A stretch of DNA of 64,000 bases from an uncultured Opitutia bacterium (GTDB lineage Bacteria; Verrucomicrobiota; Verrucomicrobiia; Opitutales; Opitutaceae), in assembly GCA_903827245.1 (NCBI GenBank), contig CAIKHO010000021.1, positions 90,144 through 154,143 on the forward strand, given 5' to 3'. The position numbers and the translations under genes were made by a program. Below are positions 27,709 to 34,619 of this stretch, piece by piece (the stretch's first letter is position 1; each line of letters opens with the position of its first letter). The notes under the pieces were generated by a model that was not told the origin of the DNA, did no database searches, and worked only from the letters and a program-made list of their open reading frames with translations.

Positions 27709-27838
27709 ACTATCTGCCATCAGTTTGGCTGCGCTCTTCCCGCTGGCGCCAATGGGGAAGGAATCCATTTTGGAAACGAGCCCGGCTTTCAGGGCGTGGG
27801 TTTCCCGGACATCTTTGCGGTTGCCGCCCCCAAGCCGA

Positions 27839-28867
27839 ATGGTTGGGCTGGGGGTTACCTTGAAAACACGACTATTACCCCTGATCGTGTTGCTGCTCGG
27901 CGCGCCCTTGGCGGCCGTGGCGGCGACCGATGCCAACCCCAACGTCAAGCTGACCCGTCTCGACGACCGCGTGCGGGTCGAGATCGGCGGACAGCTCTTC
28001 ACCGAGTATATTTTCGGTGACGGTGCCTCGCGCTCCTACTGCTACCCGGTGCTCGCTCCCGATGGCACGCCGCTCACGCGCGACTTCCCGATGAAGAAGA
28101 CGCCCGGAGAGGACGACGATCATCCGTGGCAGCGCTCGTTCTGGTTCGCCCACAGCATGGTCGGCGGGATCGATTTCTGGAACGAGGGCGACGGCGACGC
28201 CGGCCACTCGCCGAAGGAAAAGGGCCGGACCGCGGTCGACGGGGTCGTGGAGACAACCAGCGGGGCGACCGGGGTCATCCGCGTGCACGACCGCATGCTG
28301 GCGCCCGACGGCCGGCTCGTCGCCACCGACGAACGCACGGTCAGGTTCTCGGCCGGCCCGGCGGGCCGCTTCATCGATTTTGAGATCACGCTGCACGCCC
28401 TGCCCGGCGAACCCCTGCTCATCGGCGACAACAAGGACGGCACCATGGCCACACGGGTCGCGCAGTGGCTGACCATGTCGCACAAGGTCAAGGGCGTGGA
28501 CACCGGCGGCAGCGGGCACATCGTCACGGCGAAGGGCGCCCTCGATGCGAAGGCTTGGGGCACCCGGGCCGACTGGTGCGACTACCACGCCGAGCACAAC
28601 GGCAAGACCTACGGCATCGCGATCTTCGACCACCCGCAGAACCTGCGGCATCCCACTTGGTGGATGGCCCGGGACTACGGTCTGTTCGGCGCGAATCCCT
28701 TCGGCCAGCACGAGTTCGAGAACCTCCCCGCCCAGCCGCACCTCGGAGATTACACGATCCCGGCGGGCGGCAGCCTTACCCTGCGCTACCGCTTCTACTT
28801 CCATCTGGGAGATGAGAAAGCGGCGCAGCTTGCCGAACGCTACACCGAGTACGCGGCGGGAAAATAA
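27839..28867 (+). CDS. DUF6807 / PmoA-like (PF14100-type) secreted protein
   Basis: ORF 27464..28867(+) trimmed to MVGLGVTLKTRLLPLIVLLLGAPLAAVAA. HPWQRSFWFAH, DFWNE, HPTWWMARDYGLFGANPFG blocks. Confidence 0.7.
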   Translation: MVGLGVTLKTRLLPLIVLLLGAPLAAVAATDANPNVKLTRLDDRVRVEIGGQLFTEYIFGDGASRSYCYPVLAPDGTPLTRDFPMKKTPGEDDDHPWQRSFWFAHSMVGGIDFWNEGDGDAGHSPKEKGRTAVDGVVETTSGATGVIRVHDRMLAPDGRLVATDERTVRFSAGPAGRFIDFEITLHALPGEPLLIGDNKDGTMATRVAQWLTMSHKVKGVDTGGSGHIVTAKGALDAKAWGTRADWCDYHAEHNGKTYGIAIFDHPQNLRHPTWWMARDYGLFGANPFGQHEFENLPAQPHLGDYTIPAGGSLTLRYRFYFHLGDEKAAQLAERYTEYAAGK

Positions 28868-28933
28868 CCCGTTGGTGGCCAGCTCCAATTGGGTTGCTCA
28901 TCGTTCCTGGAACAGACGTCAACTCGCCATCGC

Positions 28934-30430
28934 ATGAACCATCTTTCCCGCCGCGCTTTTCTCCAAACCTCCGCGCTGGCGGCTGGCGCTGCCGCTTTTT
29001 CCGCCCGTTCCTGGGCCCAGGTCGCCGGGGCCAACGGTGACATCCGCGTTGCCGTCCTCGGGCTCAACGGCCGTGGGCGAAACCATGTCACCAGCCTCCT
29101 CGCCCTCAAGGGCGTGCGGCTCGTCGCGCTGTGCGACCCCGACACCGCGGTCCTTGACCGGGCGAAGCAGTCCGTCGGCGAAAAGGGCGCGTCGATCAAA
29201 ACCTACACCGACTTGCGCGAGCTTTTCACCTCGGCGGACATCGACGCGGTCACGATTGCCACGCCGAACCACTGGCACGCGCTCGCCGCCATCTGGGCCA
29301 TGCAGGCCGGGAAGGATGTCTACCTGGAGAAACCCGTTTCGCACGAAATCTGGGAGGGCCGGCAGGTCGTGGCCGCCGCGAAGAAATACAACCGCATCGT
29401 GCAGGCCGGCACACAGATCCGTTCCGGCGAGGGATTGCAGGAAGCGGTCGCATGGATTCGCGCCGGCCATCTCGGCAAGGTCACTGCATCGCGCGGTTTC
29501 TGTTACAAGCGCCGCGACTCGATCGGCAAGACCGAGGGGGAACAGCCGCTGCCGACCACCGTCAACTACGACCTCTGGTCCGGTCCCGCACCCGTGGTTC
29601 CGCTCCGGCGCAAGCGTCTCCACTATGACTGGCATTGGGTCAATCTCACCGGCAACGGCGATGTCGGCAACCAAGGCATCCACCAGATGGACGTGGCGCG
29701 CTGGTTTCTCGGCGAGTCCGGCCTGCCGCGCCACAGTCTCAGCATTGGCGGCCGGCTCGGTTACGTGGACGACGGTGAGTCCCCCAACACGCAGGTCGTG
29801 GTTCACGATTACCCGTCTGCGCCATTGATCTTTGAAGTGCGCGGCCTGCCCGCCAAGGCTGACGGCCTGGCCTCCAGTGCCGCCGGCGGGGCGTCCGCGG
29901 CGACGGCGGCCGCGGGCTCGATGGACAAGTATCGTGGGGTCTCCATCGGCAACGTGGTCGATTGCGAAGGCGGCTACCTTGTCACGAAGGAATATTTCAC
30001 CGCCACGGCCTACGACCAGGCCGACAAGGTCGTGAAGGAATTCCGCGGCGTCGACCGCCACATGCAGAATTTCATCGACTGCGTCCGCAGCCGGAAGGCG
30101 GCGGAACTCTACGGTCCCATCGAGGAGGGACACCTTTCGAGCGCGCTCTGTCATCTCGGCCAGGTGTCACACCTGCTCGGTCATGCGACCGCGCCCGGAG
30201 CCATGGCGGAGCAGATCGCCGGTAACAAGCCGCTGGTCGAGGCCCATGGCCGCATGATTGAGCACCTCGGCGCCAACAATGTCGATTTGACCCTGACACC
30301 GGCCACGCTCGGACTGCCGCTGGCGATTGACTCGCAGACCGAGCGATTCACCGGGACAAACGCCGCGGCCGCCAACGCGATGCTCAAGCGCGAGTACCGG
30401 AAATCCTTCACGGTTCCCCAGATCGCCTGA
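28934..30430 (+). CDS. Gfo/Idh/MocA family oxidoreductase with twin-arginine signal
   Basis: ORF 28889..30430(+) trimmed to MNHLSRRAFLQTSALAAGAAAF (Tat motif). IRVAVLGLNGRG Rossmann motif, TPNHWH, EKP. Confidence 0.88.
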   Translation: MNHLSRRAFLQTSALAAGAAAFSARSWAQVAGANGDIRVAVLGLNGRGRNHVTSLLALKGVRLVALCDPDTAVLDRAKQSVGEKGASIKTYTDLRELFTSADIDAVTIATPNHWHALAAIWAMQAGKDVYLEKPVSHEIWEGRQVVAAAKKYNRIVQAGTQIRSGEGLQEAVAWIRAGHLGKVTASRGFCYKRRDSIGKTEGEQPLPTTVNYDLWSGPAPVVPLRRKRLHYDWHWVNLTGNGDVGNQGIHQMDVARWFLGESGLPRHSLSIGGRLGYVDDGESPNTQVVVHDYPSAPLIFEVRGLPAKADGLASSAAGGASAATAAAGSMDKYRGVSIGNVVDCEGGYLVTKEYFTATAYDQADKVVKEFRGVDRHMQNFIDCVRSRKAAELYGPIEEGHLSSALCHLGQVSHLLGHATAPGAMAEQIAGNKPLVEAHGRMIEHLGANNVDLTLTPATLGLPLAIDSQTERFTGTNAAAANAMLKREYRKSFTVPQIA

Positions 30431-30488
30431 ATCCTAGGCGGAGCCGCCGGATGGCTCCTTCCCCTCTCTTAAGCCTGATCCTTACCCC

Positions 30489-31985
30489 ATGAACCGCCTC
30501 ACCCGTCGTACCTTCCTCAAAAACACCGCGGTGGTTGCCGCCGGCGCCGCACTGAGCGCCCGCAGCTGGGGCCAGGTGTCGGGCGCCAACGGTGACCTTC
30601 GCATCGGCGTCGCCGGGATCAATAGCCGCGGCAAGAACCTGCTCACGGAAGCGAGCCGGATCCCCGGCGTGCGCATCGTGGCGCTGTGCGACGTGGACAC
30701 GGCGGTGCTCGACGCCGTGGCGAAGACCTACCCCGACGCGAAGAAGTTCGTCGATTTCCGGGACATGCTGGCCGAGCCCGGCCTCGATGTCGTGGCCATC
30801 GCCACGCCGAACCACCAACACGCGCTGCAGGCGATCTGGGCCATGCAGGCGGGCAAGGATGTTTTCCTCGAGAAGCCCGTGGCCCACGACATCTGGGAAG
30901 GGCAGCAGATCGTCGCGGCATCGACGAAGTACAACCGCCTCGTGCAGGCCGGCACCCAAAGCCGTTCCAGCCCGGCCATCGCCGAGGCGATCGCCTGGGT
31001 GCGGGCGGGAAACATCGGCAAGGTCACAGTCGCCCGGGCGCTTTGCTACAAGCGCCGCACCAGCCTCGGCAAGACCACGGGCCCGCAGGCCGTGCCCGCC
31101 ACGGTGAATTACGACCTCTGGTGCGGACCCGCGCCGCTGGAGCCGCTGCGCCGCACGCGGCTTCACTATGACTGGCACTGGCAATGGGTGACCGGCAACG
31201 GCGACGTGGCCAATCAGGGCAATCACCAGACGGATGTCGCCCTCCGCTTCCTCGGCGAGACGGCGCTGGCACCGCACGTCTTTACCGTGGGCGGCAGGTT
31301 CGGCTACGTGGACGACGGCCAGACGCCCAACACGCTGATCTCGATGCTGGCTTACCCCGCGGCACCGCTCATCATTGAAGTGCGCGGCCTGGGATCCAAG
31401 CCGGATGCCTACAGTAACATGGCCATGGGACCGGGGGGAAGCGCCGGGGCCGACACTTCGGCCGCCACCATGGACAAATTCATGGGCATGTCCGTCGGGA
31501 ATATCATTCACTGCGAGGGCGGCTACATCTCGGTCCCGGCCGTCGACTATTCGCTCGCCCAAGCCTATGATCGGGACGGCAAGCTGGTGAAGGAATTCAA
31601 GGGCGTTGCCGGCCACATGGCCAATTTCATCGACGCCGTGCGCAGCCGGAAGGCGTCCGATCTCCATGCGCCGGTCCGCCAGGGCTGCGTGTCCGGCGGA
31701 CTCTGTCACACGAGCAACATCTCCTACCTCACCGGCCGCGGCCTGCACGCCGGTGAAATTCGCGAGCGCATCCAGGGCAACGCGCCCATGCTGGAGGTCT
31801 TTGGCCGCTTGAACGAGCACCTCGGCGCCAACGGCATCGACCTCACCAAGGATACCGCCACGTTCGGGCTGCCTCTCACCGTCGACCCGAAGACGGAACG
31901 CTTCACCGGCTCCGACGCCGCTCCGGCGAACGCGCTCCTCCGCCGCGAATACCGGAAACCCTTTGTCGTGCCCCAACTTGCCTGA
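30489..31985 (+). CDS. Gfo/Idh/MocA family oxidoreductase with twin-arginine signal (paralog of the previous gene)
   Basis: ORF 30489..31985(+). MNRLTRRTFLKNTAVVAAGAAL, LRIGVAGINSRG, TPNHQH, EKP. Collinear with 28934..30430. Confidence 0.88.
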   Translation: MNRLTRRTFLKNTAVVAAGAALSARSWGQVSGANGDLRIGVAGINSRGKNLLTEASRIPGVRIVALCDVDTAVLDAVAKTYPDAKKFVDFRDMLAEPGLDVVAIATPNHQHALQAIWAMQAGKDVFLEKPVAHDIWEGQQIVAASTKYNRLVQAGTQSRSSPAIAEAIAWVRAGNIGKVTVARALCYKRRTSLGKTTGPQAVPATVNYDLWCGPAPLEPLRRTRLHYDWHWQWVTGNGDVANQGNHQTDVALRFLGETALAPHVFTVGGRFGYVDDGQTPNTLISMLAYPAAPLIIEVRGLGSKPDAYSNMAMGPGGSAGADTSAATMDKFMGMSVGNIIHCEGGYISVPAVDYSLAQAYDRDGKLVKEFKGVAGHMANFIDAVRSRKASDLHAPVRQGCVSGGLCHTSNISYLTGRGLHAGEIRERIQGNAPMLEVFGRLNEHLGANGIDLTKDTATFGLPLTVDPKTERFTGSDAAPANALLRREYRKPFVVPQLA

Positions 31986-32003
31986 AGCTCATCAATATAG
32001 AAA

Positions 32004-32066
32004 GTAGGGCGGGTCTTTGACCCGCTCATCTATGTCCCAAAGGCGGGTTAAAAACCTGCCCTATCT
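32004..32066. repeat. Family J compound hairpin, copy J2
   Basis: GTAGGGCGGGTCTTTGACCCGC ... AAGGCGGGTTAAAAACCTGCCCTAT; the second half matches J1. Confidence 0.55.
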
Positions 32067-32087
32067 AAAAACACTGCCGTCACTCCC

Positions 32088-32474
32088 ATGAAAACATCCC
32101 GTCGCATCCTCCTTGCTATCGCGCTGGCTCTCGCCGGCTTCGTTTCCGCGCACGCCGCGGACCTCGCTGGAAAATGGAAATCCGAGTTCGACTCCCAGGT
32201 CGGGCAGCAGAAATACACCTTCGAGTTCAAGGGGGCCGGCGACAAACTGACCGGCACCGCCTCGGGCGAGCGCCAGGGCACCACATCCCAGGTGGAGTTG
32301 AAGGAAATCAAGGTGACGAAGGATGAGATTTCGTTCGTCGAGATGCTCAAGATCCAGGACCAGGAGGTCCGCGTCGAATACAAGGGCAAGTTCACGGGCG
32401 ACGACGAGCTGAAGCTGGCGCGCAAGGTCGGCGATTACGCGACCTATGACATCGTGGCCAAGCGGACGAAATAA
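32088..32474 (+). CDS. Small secreted protein, unknown family (paralog 1)
   Basis: ORF 32088..32474(+). Signal peptide, then LAGKWKSEFDSQVGQQKYTFEFK... Confidence 0.7.
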   Translation: MKTSRRILLAIALALAGFVSAHAADLAGKWKSEFDSQVGQQKYTFEFKGAGDKLTGTASGERQGTTSQVELKEIKVTKDEISFVEMLKIQDQEVRVEYKGKFTGDDELKLARKVGDYATYDIVAKRTK

Positions 32475-32487
32475 ACCGGATCCCGCA

Positions 32488-32880
32488 ATGAAAGCTTATC
32501 GACGAATCATCCTTTGCACCGCGTTTGTCCTGGCCGGTCTCGGATCGGCCCGTGCCGCGGAGCTGGCGGGAAAGTGGAAGGCCGAGTTCGACACCCAGAT
32601 CGGCGCCCAGAAATACACCTACGAATTCAAGTCCGACGCCGGCAAACTCACCGGCAAAGCGGCGTTTGAGCGGCCGGACGGGAAGGGCGAGATCGAGCTC
32701 AAGGAGGTCAAGGCCACGAAGGACGAAGTCTCCTTCGTCGAGTTACTCAAGTATCAGGACCAGGAAATCCGCATCGAGTATACCGGCAAGTTCACGAATG
32801 ACGATGAGCTCAAGCTGAGCCGCAAGGTGGGTGATTTCGCGACCGAGGAACTGGTGGCGAAGCGGCTGAAGGAAAAATAG
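32488..32880 (+). CDS. Small secreted protein, unknown family (paralog 2)
   Basis: ORF 32446..32880(+) trimmed to MKAYRRIILC. LAGKWKAEFDTQIGAQKYTYEFK..., collinear with paralog 1. Confidence 0.7.
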   Translation: MKAYRRIILCTAFVLAGLGSARAAELAGKWKAEFDTQIGAQKYTYEFKSDAGKLTGKAAFERPDGKGEIELKEVKATKDEVSFVELLKYQDQEIRIEYTGKFTNDDELKLSRKVGDFATEELVAKRLKEK

Positions 32881-32895
32881 CCGAGATCTCCGGCT
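32871..32895 (-). terminator. Weak terminator-like hairpin after upp
   Basis: On the minus strand: AGCCGG-AGATC-TCGGCT followed by ATTTTT; the stem is only 5-6 bp. Confidence 0.3.
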
Positions 32896-32913
32896 TGAGG
32901 CCGAAAGCTGCCG

Positions 32914-33534
32914 TTACGTCCCGTACAGCCGGTCGCCGAAATCGCCCAGGCCGGGGACGATGTATTTCCGGGCGTTGAGCGTCCGGTCGAGGGCGGCGGT
33001 GAAGATCTTCACCGCCGGGTGGTGCTGCTCCACCTCGGCCACGCCCTCCGGCGAGCTCACGATTGTCGCCAGCGCGAGGTCGGTGGCGCCCTTGGACTTG
33101 GCCACCTCGATGGCCTTCACGGCCGAGCCGCCTGTGGCGAGCATCGGGTCGACCAGAAACACATGCCGCCCCGCCAGCGGCGGCAGCTTGCAGTAATAGC
33201 TGCGCGCGACCGCGGTCTCATGGTCGCGCTCGAGGCCGATGTAGCCGACGCTCACGTCGGGAAAGGTGTCGAGGAACGGCTGCACCATCCCGAGGCCGGC
33301 GCGGAGGATGGGCACGACGACGATCGGCTGGTGGGCCAGCACACGACCGGTCACGGTTTCGAGGGGGGTGTCGACCAGCTTTTCCGCGGTCTCCAGATTG
33401 CGCGTGGCCTCGATGGCGAGGAGCAGGCTGAGCTGGTAAGTGAGGGTGCGGAAGGTGGCCGGCTTGGTCGTCTTGTCGCGCAGGTGCGTGATGATGTGCG
33501 CGGCGAGCGGATGCTGGAGAATATGGGCGGGCAT
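32914..33534 (-). CDS. upp: Uracil phosphoribosyltransferase
   Basis: ORF 32914..34107(-) trimmed to MPAHILQHPL (ATG complement 33532-33534). VVPILRAGLGM, LVDPMLATGGS, YIVPGLGDFGDR. Confidence 0.93.
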   Translation of the reverse strand: MPAHILQHPLAAHIITHLRDKTTKPATFRTLTYQLSLLLAIEATRNLETAEKLVDTPLETVTGRVLAHQPIVVVPILRAGLGMVQPFLDTFPDVSVGYIGLERDHETAVARSYYCKLPPLAGRHVFLVDPMLATGGSAVKAIEVAKSKGATDLALATIVSSPEGVAEVEQHHPAVKIFTAALDRTLNARKYIVPGLGDFGDRLYGT

Positions 33535-33617
33535 GGTGGATTTACGAAGTACGACTGACGAATTGAGGCGTGGACGGGGGCTTCGAATTCGCAAATCGGG
33601 CTTCGCAAATCGTAATT

Positions 33618-34310
33618 TTAAAGCAAATCCCGCTCCACCTTGTGCTCGAGGTAGCGCTCGAACTCCTTGCGCAGCGCCTTTTCCTTGCCGTGCAGGGCGG
33701 GCATGAGGGCGAGCCAGTTGTAGACCTCCTCGCGGAGGTGCTTCTGCATCACCGGCTCGGTGGCGACGACGCGGTCGAACGCGCGCACGCAGGCGGCGGC
33801 GATGCTTTCGCACATCAGCTGGGCGTCGGCCGAGCTGTGCTGCCCGGCGAGGCGGATGACCTCGTCGAGCTTCCGGTGGCGCTGCCGCATGATCGTCTTG
33901 TACGTGATGAGGCTGTCGACGCGCACGTTGATCGTGCGCGGATAAAAGCTCGCCATCAGGTTCCACGGGTCGGTGCCGTCGCCGCCCTGCCGCAGGTCGC
34001 TGCGCAGGATGACCGACGGGATGTCGGCGAACTTGGCGAACATGAACTCGATCACCGTGCCGGAATCGAGCTCGGCGCCATCGAAGTTGAAAAGCGCGAG
34101 GTCGCACGAAACCAGCGCGCGGATATCCTGGTCGCGCACGGCCTGCGGCGTCTTGCCGCGGGGCTCGAAGTCCTGCGGGAGCTGGCAGAGGTACTTGCCG
34201 TGCGACTTCTCATAGATGGCCTCGGCGAGGTAGGCGTTGCCGATGAGATGCTTCAGGGTGAAGAGCTCGCTGGCGAAATAGACCGTGTAAATGCGTTTCT
34301 TTTTCTTCAT
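33618..34310 (-). CDS. Nucleoside 2-deoxyribosyltransferase-like protein with about 100-aa helical C-terminal extension
   Basis: ORF 33618..34310(-). IYTVYFASELF ... DLALFNFDGAELDSGTVIEFMFA fits the NDT-family pattern (YlAGplF ... D.GTa.E.G.A) as I remember it. Confidence 0.65.
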   Translation of the reverse strand: MKKKKRIYTVYFASELFTLKHLIGNAYLAEAIYEKSHGKYLCQLPQDFEPRGKTPQAVRDQDIRALVSCDLALFNFDGAELDSGTVIEFMFAKFADIPSVILRSDLRQGGDGTDPWNLMASFYPRTINVRVDSLITYKTIMRQRHRKLDEVIRLAGQHSSADAQLMCESIAAACVRAFDRVVATEPVMQKHLREEVYNWLALMPALHGKEKALRKEFERYLEHKVERDLL

Positions 34311-34370
34311 GCGGCGACGCCTCGAAGTAGCGGCGAACGCGCGCCGGGCTCAATGCAAAATGATTTTTAA

Positions 34371-34540
34371 CCTGAATTCCGCGGCCGGATTTGAACCACG
34401 GAAAGGCAAAGAGCACAGAGCGGCCATCGCGGCATAGAGCCGCTCCTGCGTTTTTTAAACTGCCACACCACCTGGCCGGTTGCCGGCTTGGCCTCTGTGC
34501 TCTTGGTGCCTTTGTGGTTTAACGGCGCCTTTCAGGTTTG
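34371..34540. repeat. Family B inverted-repeat element, copy B2
   Basis: See B1. Directly followed by K2. Confidence 0.85.
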
Positions 34541-34617
34541 AAGGAGGAAGGCCGTGATCGAACCGAGACGAGAATTCCTCCCCTCGGGTCGGCCTCGGTT
34601 TTCCTCCTGTGCAAACC
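34538..34617. repeat. Family K copy K2
   Basis: TTGAAGGAGGAAGGCCG...CGGCCTCGGTTTTCCTCCTGTGCAAAC is collinear with K1. Abuts B2 and the acylase stop codon. Confidence 0.65.
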
Positions 34618-34619
34618 GA

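Noticed and set aside
28919-31976. Two long minus-strand ORFs (411 aa and 522 aa) opposite the Gfo/Idh/MocA genes
   Set aside because: The plus-strand frames carry Tat signals, Rossmann motifs and conserved EKP/NHxH blocks and are paralogous to each other. The minus frames show no motifs.
33618-34310. The NDT-like protein as a CBASS/Thoeris-style nucleotide-depleting defence effector
   Set aside because: There is no cyclase, TIR, SAVED/SLOG sensor or other defence partner nearby. The neighbour is upp, which fits salvage metabolism.
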